Below, piece after piece: positions 25,201 through 36,488 of a stretch of DNA of 64,000 bases. Position numbers and translations under genes: made by a program. Under the pieces are notes generated by a model. The model was not told the DNA's origin. It searched no databases and was given only the letters and a program-made list of their open reading frames with translations. The stretch is taken from NCBI GenBank assembly GCA_012295275.1, contig CM022665.1:33046001-33110000 (forward strand). The letters run 5' to 3'. The stretch comes from Chrysomallon squamiferum (taxonomy: Eukaryota; Animalia; Mollusca). The number at the start of each line of letters is the position of its first letter. The first letter of the stretch is position 1.

Positions 25201-27746
25201 TGACACCTATGCTTTTCTTTTTTGACAGAGTATATTTATTTTTTGTTAGGTTGTTAGAAGATATGAGCTGGGAAGCATTTTGTTTCCAACAATACAATGA
25301 ATTATTTGTGTACAGTCTGCAGTTAGCACATTGATTCTTTATAACAAAATGAATCAGTTTGAAAATAACACTGCAGCCAGCTAAGAAGAATGCAAGTTGA
25401 AAAAAAGCAAATTGTTTGTCTGATACATTACATGCAAGTTATAAAGAAAAAGCTTTAATTTGTAGCTTGCTGTGTAACATCTTTTTGTATGACTACAAGA
25501 TACATCCAGACTCAAAGGTGAGATCACCAATCAAAGAAACATTCATACAGCAGGTTCTACCACAGCTTGATTCACTCAGAGATTTCACTGCTCATGACAA
25601 CAGTGATGTTAGTAAGTTCTCATACATAGTTCTTAATTCACATACATATTCAAATATGATTCAAACAGATAAGTGTAATGCTGATTTTTCTATCAATGTA
25701 ACAATGTGATGTTTTAAGCATTGAACATGAAATAACATCTATCTCTAACACTGAACAAATGTAGGTGTGTTTTTATTAATCTTATCTTGTTGTTATCAAC
25801 AGAAAGTAACCCTGTGTGTAAAACAGGTCATGGAGACATGGAATGTGTAGAAACTGAAGAAAGTTTTACTGAGGATGAAGCACGAAAAAGAGCAATACGT
25901 TTGTGTAAAACAGGTATTTAAAACAATATTTTGGTCTTAGTTATTCAAAAATCAAAATGTTAATTACTGCTTAACAGTTTGTTTAAAATCAATACTTTTT
26001 TCTTTTCTTTCTTTTTTTTTTTTTTTACCACATATGAGATAAATGTTTTTAATTAATAAAATCTGCATTTTAAAAAACTGTTAAAATGTACATATACTCA
26101 TAAAAAAAAAAAAAAAATTGTTTTATTTTAATATTTCAGATAGTATTTTGATTGTTTCTGCTGACAAACTGTTGCTAATGATAATATAAAATAATGAAGC
26201 ATTAAAAAAAAAAAAAAAATTACATATATATATGTGTGTGTGTGTCATTCTGCCATTTTCCTTACTTATATAATATTTATAATATGCATCTTAATAGATA
26301 GCACATATTTTGCAGACTGAAACTGTTGTTAAAACACAGTTATAAATATTTCTAAAAATTGTAAGTTTTTCCTGAAGATTCATTCTAACTTTATAAATCC
26401 TACATCTGTCACAAACATGTTTAAAAAAAAACAACTATTTAATACTGTCTGAATCACCCTTAACACTACTGGCAAATGAAGCTACCATTCATTTATTCGC
26501 TGATTATACACTCTGGGTTTCAGTTGTCAGTACTGATAATTAATGTGCTAAAAATAAAATAAGCAAGATTATGGTTATTGTAATTAATGTTTTAGATTTT
26601 ACCAATTAATTCTTGTTTCTTATTTCAGTAATGAACTGGCTACAGAATTGTTACAGCCGATCTTTCATATCTTCACCTAAAGAAGTCTTTCACCTGTTAC
26701 CTATTGTAAATTAATTATGTATTTCTAAAGATAGCATCCATAAAAATAATCTTGAATTGTTAAATTTAATTTTTGCTGTTTGAAATGAAAGTTTTAGAAA
26801 GCAGATTCACTGTACTATTTTAATTTTTAACTTAATTTTCTGTTTATCTTTCAATTTTAATATAGTAAGTTATATTAATAATTATTAATAATATAAACAT
26901 GTGATTAAGATTTTTCAGACTATAAAATACATTTTGCAATAAATACTGAACAAAGTAAGTTCTGAATCCATGACTTGTGTACTTTATTTATAACAAATGT
27001 ATCATTAAACTTAATTACTTATTAAATACTACTTTTATTTAGATCTGTACTTTGGAGAATGAATCAAATGATGTAGATCTCAAGACAGATTGTTCAACTG
27101 CTTTGGCATGTCTAGCACAGTCTTTTGTCCACCCCAGTTCTATCCCCACTGCTCTAGACACCATCAAAAAGGTTTGTGCTTTATTAAAAAGGTATTGATT
27201 ACATTATTCTACCATAAGAAATCTGTGATCATCCACCTCTGATTTAATGAGACTGCTTTACTAATCTGTCATTTTGAAAATGATGTTGGTTATTTGAGCT
27301 ATTTTATATTTTTTAGTCAGCCATTTATTTACTCCATATAACCATCAGCCTCAGCTATGGTCATTTCAAGGTGTTCATTTTATAAGACCAGCCTAGGGTG
27401 AAGGGTAATCTACATACATCTATTCTGTTGCAAGCATTGTAGGAGGCAAAGGTTCAGTATATATACAAAAGGATATTTAATTTTCTGATTATATTTAAAA
27501 CATTATTAAATTTACTTGCTACTGTTTGTATATTAGAGGTTTTGCAATTATATGCATTTTAATTTGCTGTTAGTCAGTGTTGAAACTGGAGGATTATCTC
27601 TTCAACAAAATGCAGCTGTTCTGTGTGCAGTCTTTTTTATTATTATTCTTTGCTTTTTGAAAATAGGTTAAGCTTTTAAAATATTTTAATCATCACAGAA
27701 TGGAGATAAACCTAAGCCATTTATGAGCAAGGTGACTACAACAACT

Positions 27747-27808
<62 letters not shown>

Positions 27809-30800
27809 CACGCATGCACAGACATACACGTTCAGTGACAAACTTCTAATACAGTAACATCATAAAACATTGTTTTACAGTTGTTTCATTTGATGTTAAC
27901 TTTAATAATCATCAAACAAAAATGTCTGAAAGAGGATCTGAAAAAAAATCAAGTCAGAAAATCAAACAAAAAATTTCTGTTTCACACATGAAGGACCTGA
28001 TGGTGAAACTGAACACTTTGATTGTCAAAACTGAATGAGAAAAATCACATGTTTTCTGTTAGTTGAATAACCATGAGTTGTGTTATTATTTTATGTAAAG
28101 CAATACATGAATATTCAGTATTTTTGAATTTTATTACATATTTATTGTTGATTTATTTAAATTAATAAAAGGACTTAAATTGCAGAAGTCTGTTTCAGTG
28201 CAGCTGACACAAACACGTTTTCCTGTTTTTTATTTCCTAAGAAACGGTCATTTATCTGAAACTGAACTGAGAACCCTGCTCATGAATAAGCCTATCTCTA
28301 CTAGGCTGATTATGACAGGCTTATTCACTTTCAGTTACCGTAACCAAAAACATAAACATTTATTTATTTTATACTGTTTTAATAGTTTTATTCTTGTTTT
28401 TTATTAAAATATTGCACTTGGCATGTTTCTTAATATTTCATTTTTCACCTATAGGTGGCTGGATTACCATCATGGCATGCACGTGCAGCTATTCTGAAAT
28501 ATATTCAGAACATGGTGTTTGGAAATTTTTTCCTTCTCAGTTCTGCAGAACACAAGAATACAATTCAAGGTCTTCTTCTACAGCTTATTTGTGATGAACA
28601 ACTTGAGGTATAATACAGCAAGCTCACTTTACAGTGTGCAGAGATGTTTCATTGTTTTAGTATTTAAATGTACTTTTACACTGTATATAGCCAATATACC
28701 ATTCTTTCTTTTGAAATAAGAGTAACTTTTAATTTTCATACTTTAAAACACAAGAAGTACTTTCAATAGTTGTTTTTACAACTTGACACCCATAAGCAAC
28801 CAAGATACAAAGATAGAGCATAATTTTAGATGCTGGAATTAAACATGGAATGCCAGATAAATATATGAACTAAATTAACATGATAGTGAATATTACATGC
28901 TTATTCCTATGTGTTTTATATTTGTCAGGTTCGAGAAATGGCAGCAATGACTTTAAGTGGTTTGCTACATTGTGGATTTCTAAATATTGACAAAACTGTG
29001 ATGGTATGTTATTATAGTGCTGTTAAGAGATATTGTTTAAAAAACTTAGCTGATTCAGTAATACTTTTACAGTTAAATCTGACAATTTCGCATACCAAAT
29101 TTTTTGTATTGGTATCCTATGCCTCAATAAAGGTTTTTTTCTTAACACCATTAAGCCTCAATGAACAGGATTACATAGTTTGCTTTCTCAAGTCCCATAA
29201 TACAGTCTACCAATACAAAATGATGGCTAATTGTAAACAACAGCATAGCAACTCCTAATTGTTATTGATTGTTAAAAGTTGTATATGAACTCGTAATAGA
29301 TTGCAGTCTATGCAGGAATTCATAATATTGATTGGCTGCAGGCAGTAGTCAACAATAATTACACCTCTTGTTTATTCTATGTTATTAGTTCATAATAACC
29401 AGATTTTTGAGATTTTGATAAACTAAATAAAATGGAACTTTAGTCATATTTGTTAATAAGTAATGACCATTGCAGTGGGTTTTTTTTTGTTTTTTTTTAA
29501 ATGTAACAGTACTATATTTCAGTCTCACTTCGAGAAACTGAGCCAGACAAAAATAATAAAAAAACATCTGCCAGGTATGCAAGATCAGACTCTAGTCAGT
29601 TTGATACATCGTCATGCAGGTGTTCTGGGACTTGGAGCATGTGTTCAAGCCTACCCATATGATGTTCCTGAATTCATTCCACAGCTGTTGATGGATCTCA
29701 GTGAACATGTCAATGATCCACAACCAATTCAGGTAAATTGATGAACACTTACAAACACTAGAGGCTAATAGGATACTGGATTTTAAAATGGTGAAAAAAA
29801 AATCTTACTGTGAACCTATAATCAAAAAAAAAAAAAAAAAAAAAAAAAAACATAATTTTCAAATAATGGACATATTTTGATGAATCTGGTTTGGATTATT
29901 CCTTGTAATTTATCAAAGTAATGTTTATTATTGTGTTTTTTTTAAATTTTTAATTGGAAAGAAAGCTATACATGTGGAATAAATTGTGGAGTAACTAGGA
30001 CATAAATGAAAATCATCCATCTACAGTTTTCCAGTTCATTAATTAATTATTAAATTGTAATAATCATTTATGCAAGTACAGCAAATTTAGTTCAGTTAAT
30101 TCAAATATCCTTTTTAATATCTCTGACACTGATTTTTCGACAGTTAGCTGTAATGACAAAACAGATCAGTGGTTACAGAGAAAGTTATTAATGTAAATGT
30201 AAAAATATTTATATGCCTGTGCTTTATCAGAGGAGTTCCTAAACATGTTGTACACATCTTTCCCCAAAAAATGTTGCATGTTATATGTTGTGAAGTCGGT
30301 CTATTTAATTAAATGTTTTGTCTTTAAAACTAATTTATATATTATGTTATGTTTGCTGTGGAAATTCTTCTGTTACTAGCTCATGCTAGATGCTGGAATT
30401 AGTTCCCCATTCTTAACTCAGTTTAAAAAAATAAAGGAAGATTGTTTAGTCATCTATTCATCTCATAATTCTAAATAATGTAAAAGAAAAATATATTTTA
30501 AAAATACAAATTAAATGATCTGTTTTGTAAATCATTTATTTCAAAACTGTAGATCATGCAGGCTAATTAACTGTAAAACAAACATTTTATTGGAAAATTT
30601 ATTTTCATCAGGAAAATACTGACATTAATACAGCATTATCGTCTCATCTTGACCATTTGCAATAATTCATAGATATATTTGTTTCACAGTAAGTTTCTTA
30701 TCAGCATTTTATCCACTGTGTTTATTTTTGTGTTTTTTAACTGTTAATAAAATTTAGAAAAAAACCTTATTTTGTTTGATACTTTAATTATTTGTTTGCA

Positions 30801-30936
30801 GATGTCTGTGAAACAAACGCTGTCCAATTTCCGCCGCACTCATCAAGACAACTGGCATGACCACAAATTGAAGTTCACAGATGATCAGCTTGTCATTCTT
30901 ACAGATCTTCTTGTCTCACCCAACTATTATGCATGA
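1882..30936 (+). CDS. PSME4: Proteasome activator complex subunit 4 (PA200/Blm10), 3' part of gene, 32 coding exons; 5' exons lie upstream of the window
   Basis: Spliced translation is collinear with PSME4 as I recall it ([84 protein letters not shown]...LLVSPNYYA*). Exon phases join without a frameshift. Confidence 0.97.
2163..2307 (+). CDS. PSME4: PSME4 exon (VFNLIENN...QCSAPIFN)
   Basis: tttcag|A...AAC|gtaagt. Confidence 0.93.
2621..2719 (+). ncRNA. Candidate intronic box C/D snoRNA
   Basis: Box C ATGATGA 2624-2630, box D CTGA 2712-2715, terminal stem AGCA/TGTT, internal hairpin. Confidence 0.4.
2996..3062. repeat. 32-bp imperfect tandem duplication
   Basis: ATTTGATT..GTCAGTATTAGGATTAAA x2. 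Confidence 0.85.
3778..4045 (+). mobile_element. Tigger/pogo transposase remnant
   Basis: [10 protein letters not shown]...[16 protein letters not shown]...DIDEAVLK*F (psq and CENP-B type HTH) and IYNANKT (compare IYNADET). Confidence 0.75.
4572..4637. repeat. 33-bp tandem duplication
   Basis: TTCAGATGACAGTTACAGACTACTACCAGATAT x2. Confidence 0.9.
4970..5068 (+). CDS. PSME4: PSME4 exon (SALKRLQRF...NLCRAAAK)
   Basis: tatag|TCA...AAG|gtaatt. Confidence 0.92.
5431..5503 (+). CDS. PSME4: PSME4 exon ([15 protein letters not shown]...)
   Basis: ctgcag|GTT...GATC|gtaagt. Confidence 0.92.
5960..6027 (+). CDS. PSME4: PSME4 exon ([22 protein letters not shown])
   Basis: ttcag|AT...CAA|gtaagt. Confidence 0.93.
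6136..6497 (+). CDS. PSME4: PSME4 exon ([12 protein letters not shown]...CIHLSR)
   Basis: tttag|CTT...CCAG|gtattt; overlaps ORF 6163..6513. Confidence 0.95.
7047..7139 (+). CDS. PSME4: PSME4 exon ([18 protein letters not shown]...EAIKR), probable GC donor
   Basis: cacag|A...AAAG|gcaaac; phase fits the next exon. Confidence 0.8.
7305..7360 (+). CDS. PSME4: PSME4 exon ([18 protein letters not shown])
   Basis: tttag|A...CAAG|gtaact. Confidence 0.85.
7632..7694 (+). CDS. PSME4: PSME4 exon ([20 protein letters not shown])
   Basis: ctcag|GA...CTTG|gtagga. Confidence 0.88.
7868..7923 (+). CDS. PSME4: PSME4 exon ([18 protein letters not shown])
   Basis: tttag|GT...AAA|gtaaga. Confidence 0.92.
8095..8839 (-). 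mobile_element. hAT (Charlie/Buster) deletion derivative, copy 1
   Basis: TIR CAGCGGTTCTCAAA / TTTGAAAACCACTG; perfect 8-bp TSD GCTTAATG; ends shared with 37802..38878. Confidence 0.9.
9128..9226 (+). CDS. PSME4: PSME4 exon ([10 protein letters not shown]...[15 protein letters not shown])
   Basis: tttag|ATT...AAG|gtattt. Confidence 0.93.
9567..9629 (+). CDS. PSME4: PSME4 exon ([21 protein letters not shown])
   Basis: gatag|ATG...GAG|gtagtt. Confidence 0.93.
10268..10511 (+). ncRNA. Candidate intronic H/ACA-type sno/scaRNA
   Basis: Hairpin, H box AGAAGA (10386-10391), second hairpin, ACA (10506-10508) plus 3 nt; folded by eye. Confidence 0.4.
11150..11245 (+). CDS. PSME4: PSME4 exon (NRMLNST...CMSRYSE)
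   Basis: tttag|AAT...GAG|gtgaga. Confidence 0.92.
11523..11648 (+). CDS. PSME4: PSME4 exon (VRKKAQSS...EEHRFK)
   Basis: tttag|GTG...AAG|gtaaat. Confidence 0.92.
12106..12297 (+). CDS. PSME4: PSME4 exon (GTLYTILG...[13 protein letters not shown]...KTK)
   Basis: gttag|GGA...AAG|gtgaaa. Confidence 0.92.
14353..14489 (+). CDS. PSME4: PSME4 exon (VHESCVNAA...NGKAVE)
   Basis: gatag|GTA...TGA|gtaagt (phase 2). Confidence 0.88.
15051..15104 (+). CDS. PSME4: PSME4 exon ([18 protein letters not shown])
   Basis: ttcag|A...AACT|gtgagt. Confidence 0.9.
15294..15423 (+). CDS. PSME4: PSME4 exon (TWKFSQIG...HDSLYIRK)
   Basis: ttcag|C...AAA|gtaaaa. Confidence 0.92.
16945..17155 (+). mobile_element. Tigger/pogo transposase remnant
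   Basis: STWIKN and [21 protein letters not shown] (CENP-B type HTH), frameshifted. Confidence 0.6.
17400..17630 (+). mobile_element. LINE reverse transcriptase remnant
   Basis: [20 protein letters not shown] ... VDDFQICY. Confidence 0.75.
19243..19487 (+). CDS. PSME4: PSME4 exon ([12 protein letters not shown]...[14 protein letters not shown])
   Basis: tgtag|TTG...CAAA|gtaagt. Confidence 0.95.
19851..20046 (+). CDS. PSME4: PSME4 exon ([14 protein letters not shown]...LILFK)
   Basis: atcag|A...AAG|gtattg. Confidence 0.94.
20506..20670 (+). CDS. PSME4: PSME4 exon (GLFRNFG...[10 protein letters not shown])
   Basis: tgcag|GGT...CAG|gtatca. Confidence 0.95.
21105..21209 (+). CDS. PSME4: PSME4 exon (IVKLWEWM...[11 protein letters not shown]...VS)
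   Basis: tgcag|ATT...TCT|gtaagg. Confidence 0.93.
21666..21757 (+). CDS. PSME4: PSME4 exon (ESRDPRKL...[10 protein letters not shown])
   Basis: gatag|GAG...CCAG|gtttga. Confidence 0.93.
22168..22232. repeat. (TTA)n microsatellite followed by poly-T
   Basis: Read directly from the sequence. Confidence 0.9.
23200..23710. repeat. Degenerate purine-skewed array with a period of about 15 bp
   Basis: For example TGGAATATTGTTGAA TAGAACATTGTTGAA GGAAAAGTTGTCAAA. Confidence 0.55.
24030..24161 (+). CDS. PSME4: PSME4 exon (RLYIIQ...[10 protein letters not shown]...VRDRIGS)
   Basis: ttcag|T...GAAG|gtaaag. Confidence 0.94.
24310..25100 (-). mobile_element. Degenerate Tc1-like transposase remnant
   Basis: Minus strand reads [12 protein letters not shown] (compare GRPRVTT..DR) and FYDESGF (compare FSDESRF); boundaries approximate. 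Confidence 0.55.
25466..25611 (+). CDS. PSME4: PSME4 exon ([11 protein letters not shown]...HDNSDV)
   Basis: tgtag|C...GTTA|gtaagt. Confidence 0.88.
25803..25913 (+). CDS. PSME4: PSME4 exon (SNPVCKT...[14 protein letters not shown])
   Basis: aacag|AA...ACAG|gtattt; an alternative in-frame acceptor at 25826 is possible. Confidence 0.85.
26629..26705 (+). CDS. PSME4: PSME4 exon ([12 protein letters not shown]...LLPI)
   Basis: ttcag|TA...ATT|gtaaat. Confidence 0.9.
27043..27171 (+). CDS. PSME4: PSME4 exon ([14 protein letters not shown]...TIKK)
   Basis: tttag|ATC...AAG|gtttgt. Confidence 0.92.
27749..27806. repeat. (CA)n microsatellite
   Basis: Read directly from the sequence. Confidence 0.95.
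28455..28607 (+). CDS. PSME4: PSME4 exon ([10 protein letters not shown]...DEQLE)
   Basis: tatag|GTG...GAG|gtataa. Confidence 0.94.
28929..29003 (+). CDS. PSME4: PSME4 exon ([17 protein letters not shown]...VM)
   Basis: gtcag|GTT...ATG|gtatgt. Confidence 0.94.
29523..29732 (+). CDS. PSME4: PSME4 exon (SHFEKL...[10 protein letters not shown]...NDPQPIQ)
   Basis: ttcag|TCT...CAG|gtaaat. Confidence 0.95.
30802..30936 (+). CDS. PSME4: PSME4 last coding exon ([14 protein letters not shown]...SPNYYA*)
   Basis: tgcag|ATG...GCA TGA; C-terminal YYA HbYX motif; the stop is followed by TGA TAA. Confidence 0.96.
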   Translation: MSVKQTLSNFRRTHQDNWHDHKLKFTDDQLVILTDLLVSPNYYA

Positions 30937-33900
30937 TGATAATCAAAGTAAGCTGAAACCAATATAGGTTTGAAAGGTTGTATTGTTTTCTGCTGATTGC
31001 ATTGGCAGCTGAATTTTGATACTGATTAAGATCGTTATTATTCATTCTATGACTTTTGTTTATATCCTATGAGGTAGTAATACAGAGAGAATAAAATATT
31101 ATAGTATAGTACAGTAAAATATTGTGTGCAGAACATTAGGCAGATGATATAGTGAACCATATGGTTTTGTCTTTTTTTTTAACTGACTAGTCATGAATGC
31201 ACTTGCAGTTCAAAAACAGAATGTAACAAAATAAGAGGTAGTTTTGGATTAGAGATTAGATGACTTGATGGCTATGATATGACAGAAATAAAAGATTATG
31301 TTTTGCAAAAAAGTACATAAAATTGTCTTTGGTGAATGGACCAAAAAAAAGTCTTGTTAGTGTAATTTGAAATGGTAACAGTTTTGATACAAAGTCAGCA
31401 GATTGAAAGCTACTGCAATATTTATTATTTTTCTTTCAAACATTTTCCACAGTGTATCTATCCATTTTAGGCCTAAAGTAGGTGACAACTAATTTTTACT
31501 AAGAAATGTGATATCTAAAGAAAGAGGACCCAGGAAATCTATTTAGAATGTTGTGCAAATTTAATAAAGTATTTCAAATACTAATCAATCGTATGAACAG
31601 CTAAAAAGCAATTTGTGTGTGTGTGTCTGTATACAGTGGATTGTCTAAACTGAATTCATCTGGGACCAACAAAATATGCCAGTTTAGACACGTTTCATAG
31701 AGAATTACGCTTCTTGCCATGTAAGAAATGTACAGAAAGAAACTGAATAAAGAAGAAAGTCTTTTGTGCTTAAAATCACCTGAAATAGATATATTAATGT
31801 ATTATTTATAATTAATGTTAGTGTTTCTATGAAGTCAGTTTAGTGTCACCTGAGAAATAGTTTGTCAATGCTATCAGATTTATTGTTGACTGTTTTCTTC
31901 CTCTCAAAATATCCTTGTACAGTTACCATTTAAAGTTACCACATTCTAGAATATGAGATAGTGTTTCACTTCTTATCTTAATGTGAATGTGTGTGCATAA
32001 TAGAATTAATTTAATATTTTATTTACATGGATAAAATATGTGGTTTAATATCTGAACCCACAACAATCAAGCCTCTTCCATTTTTGTAATACTGTTTGCT
32101 TTTACCTTCACTTGAACTTGAGTTGGTGCTGCATTTACCATGGCTGTCAGCGTATATTATTCTAAAGTACTTGTCTTGCAAGAGAGCTGATGAAAACACC
32201 TTTAAGAATTCACAGATAAAAATCATAAGAGTTCAGAATGTTGTTCCTGAGTTCATCATGGTTAAACGGAAACCCAGACATCCACATCCAGTGCTCTGAT
32301 GAATGATTATACAGTGACATCTGGGACATTCTGGTGACTTGGAGAGTTGCAAGAACAACCAGGACTGGACAGTGAGACTATAATTTGTTCAATTACAGAG
32401 GAATTGTGCTCATCGTGCTGGAATCGGCTAACACCAGAAGTCACTAAAGAGGGCTTGACATCACCTATTCTCACATCTGGAAAGGAGTAGAATTTGAACA
32501 GTAATGTTTTCCAAAGCATTCTTATATTACAAGGGTAATTACGTATGTTGTACATAATGAGTTATAAATAACTTGTTATTATTATAAGACACACAGAGAT
32601 TAGTGCTTACAGATATTGCTGTCTGTACCTTTGATTCTCAGTGTTGACAGCGTGGCATGCAAAGTATAATAAACTAAACTCAGGGATTTTATGAATTAAG
32701 TGGAATCATTTCAGCAATTACATGAAATCCTTAAAAGAGCCCTTTTTCATGAAATCACTAGGTGAAACACTGATTTCACAATTCCCTGAAAGTTTTTGGT
32801 ATTTTCAGTCTTATTGTAACATAGAAAAGGTGCAGTTACATATTCTTGTTGCCTGTTTAAAACAAAAACTGGTGCTTGCTTGTTTTTTTATGAAAGTGTG
32901 CAACTGTTTTGTTATTTTTTGAAGAATCATGACATTTCAAGCACTCACACAGCATGGCGTGCCTTCTTACAAGTCAGAAAATGCACATGATTTTGTTTCT
33001 GCCAATTTTTAAACTGAACAAAACATTGTGTTTGAAACCTTGAAAAAAATATTTTTGGATCTAAAATTGTTTTAATTTTTCCTGAATTTACCCTGATCAG
33101 GTATACTTTTTGAAAAGAGCAATTTCTATTGAACATGAAGATTATTCAGATGATATCACAGCAAAATTGCAGGTTATATTAAAAAACACTCATTCATTCA
33201 TCAGAATTTAATTTGCCAGCAGTCTACATACTAAGCAAATGGACGGGAATTGGCTGTGGAGGAAATGATGATCAATGTCTGTTATGAGACATACTTGAAA
33301 ATAACTGAATGAAGTGGTTTTGAACAACTGTTGGTTAGTCTTCAGTTTCTGTGTCATCACTCACTGATGCAGGTTACAGTTCTGGGTTATCAGCCTTTTG
33401 CACTCAACCCGAAGACCTGTCTAGATTTACAGACAGATGAGAACCTATGAAACAAATATATCCATTTTATAGTCCTTGCCAACTAAAGCCTTCCTTTCAT
33501 TTAGTTTGTGATCTAGCTACTTACTATGACGAAACACAGAACAATTGGATATTATGAATGTTCTTGCAAAAATTCATATTTGTACAGTCACTCAAAACTT
33601 GCTTTTGTTACAAGTTATTTCACAATGCCTCTGATGCCATTACATGGGAAGTGGAAAAGAAGTTCCATTCTGCTGCTAGTCCAGAATCTTCCTCATGATG
33701 ACAAAGATTAATGAATTTTAATTTTGACTGTCCTTTCACAGGCATCAGTGAAGTAGAAACTGTCAAATGGTCTTTACAGTCACTAAAAGCAAATCAGATC
33801 TTCCGATGCTGAATGGTGCCATCCTTCTGTTTGTATCCTAAAAATAGTTGCAAAGTTGCCTGCTTTTTTTCTCAGTGAAAGCTTCAGATTTTATCCTGAA

Positions 33901-35880
33901 CTACATCAGGGTCCATTTCAGGAAGTCATGGAAGTCTTTATTTCTTTCACTTACACACTTTGAGATTTGGTTCTGTAGCCATGGTAGGTTGGTTTGAACA
34001 TCTGAGATGCTAGGTTTTCTAAGAAATCTTTCTTGGATTCTGTGATGGTGATTATCTGTGTCATTTACTCAATATCGATTAATCATACTGATTGAGGTAA
34101 TCAGTGAGACCATGGTGCCCAGAACACTCTTTGCATTGGCCCATAATATATATGTCACTACCATCTCAACTGGGTTGTACATAAGCAAATTTCCATACTG
34201 GATTTGCACTTTTTAGACTTAGGTATGTATCTTTTGACTTCATTTCAAATGCTAATGATAAATAATTTAACTCCATATTTGATATATATATTAATTATAG
34301 AAAACATATTGCCAACAGTAGTTGTAACATCATTTTCCACGCAAGGTTATTTCATATTCACATGATTGACACAGTCAAATGGTCAGTAGTTATATATGTG
34401 TGAAAAAAATAATGACATTTTTGGAATTCTTGTTAAGTCACCTTTCTCAAAATACTCATTTCTGAATGATTGACCATTTGGTTGCTAAGCTGTAGTCATT
34501 TGAATATGAGCAGTCACTGAGAGTGCCATTCATCAGAAACTTCTTATCTGATCATTTTAAAAATGCAAACATACCTCCTCCCTCATTTACCTGTAATACC
34601 AATTTTCATCAAAATCAGTGAGGTTTCAACCACTGGATTATTTAATATGGAATGACTGTTCTAGAGTATGAAAAACATGTTACCTAAATAAATTTGCTAT
34701 CACAAAATTCATTCCTGTTTTTATAAACAGGCTTAGTCCATTTTTTTTTTTTCTCTCATATTCTGTAAATGAAGTTTAAAGATTTCAAAATTTGATTAAA
34801 AAAGTAATAAAAAAAATAAATAAAAAAGCAACAATATTTCTTGAAAAACTAAGCACTATGTTTTTAGGGGGAAAAAAATGATAAGCTAGTTTGTTAAAAA
34901 GAGGATACATTACATTTCCTAATTTTCGAATTATTGTCATTATGTCATTTTTAATTTTGGTCTGAAATGTAGTTAAAAATATTGAAGATCTGATTTTCCA
35001 AATTTATGAAAATAATGTTTCTATAAATATCTGATGAATGAAGTCTACATAATTAACTTATTTTATATAAAAGGTGCCTTCTATTTTGACCTAATTTTAC
35101 TTTTTGTATAAATAACCTTTTAGCCAAACAGATCTTACAACTTCTGTTGCAGACTGGAAAAAATAGCAATAATTATATATATATATCTTCAATATAAGTG
35201 ATAAAACAGTATTTTCAATGCATACAGTTTCAACAGAAAAAACCCAACAAAACAGAACAGCATTAATAATGATTCTTTGATGTAATATTTTGTTTCTGTT
35301 TCTGTTTTTCAGATTAAACAGTTGAAGGAGAGTGCTGTTCTCGGGATATCTGTCTTTCAGCTATTTGTAAATGATAACTCAAAACAAAGAAGCTGCAGTT
35401 TTCAGCTGAAGCAAGCACAAGATCAGAAAATACAACAACAACAAAAAATCTATTAAACATTGTATTAAATGTGCATAGACAAAAAGTATTTCATTGGCTA
35501 GAGGTTTCAAACATTTAATGTTATAAAAGATAAATAATGTAAAAGAACTCTGTATATAATATTTTGGTTACATTTATTCTTCCCATTTGTTAAATCAGCT
35601 AGGGTATATTTTAAAAAATGTATATAATCATAATTATAATGTGTATAACTTACATTTATTTCTGCTCAGATAATAATCGGTTTGAAAATGTTTCCATATT
35701 ATAAAGTTAAATTTCTGTTAGGCTACAACAATGTACAAATTAACAAACTTTAATTTGTGATGCATTGATTAGTTATTATTTAAAAAGCTGTTTCTCATTA
35801 AAAACAAAGTAAACTGAATAGTGTAATCTGATTACATAAGAATTGTATTGTAACAAAACAGAATTGGAGAGATTGTTAAA

Positions 35881-36488
35881 GGGTCATTCCGTGTCAAATC
35901 ACCCAAAAAAAAAAAGAAATTTAAACCCGCCCGTCTCAGATTTTTATAAAACTTGGTATACTTGTTGATTGGGGTCCCACAGCACCAAATTTAATCTCCC
36001 ACATGTTAACTAAAACATATAAAAGGTGTTATTTTCATGTATGTGCATTTTTTAAATCTATATTGTGGCTAAACAAAAAATATTACACCCAGGAAACTTT
36101 TATATGTTTTAGTTAACATGTGGGAGATTAAATTTCAATAAAGGTCATCTCAAGATCACGTGATCCACACGGTCAATTTCAAGGTCATAGCAAAGGTCAA
36201 GGTACTCCAATATTTGGAATCCTTGTCATTTTGCCTTTCTAACAATACCAATTTTATGAAGATTGGCCCAGTAGTTCCTGAGATATGAGGGTTCTAAGGT
36301 TGGTGGTCACACCCATTTTTGGCAAAAATCTCAAAATTCGGTGGGCCATATCTCCCACACCACTGGTCTGATTGAGCTAACATTTCAGATTTGGTGCTGT
36401 GGGATCCCAGCCAACAAGTATACCAAGTTTCATAAAAATCTGAGACGGTCGGGTTTAAACCATTGGGTGATTTGACACGGAATGACCC
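35881..36488. mobile_element. Same long-TIR family, internally deleted (copy 2)
   Basis: Same termini; 4-bp TSD TAAA; near-identical to parts of copy 1. Confidence 0.85.

Noticed and set aside
32023-34230. GC-richer block with several short ORFs, possibly a separate gene
   Set aside because: No coherent exon chain or motif. It looks like a heavily decayed minus-strand retroelement, too degenerate to call.
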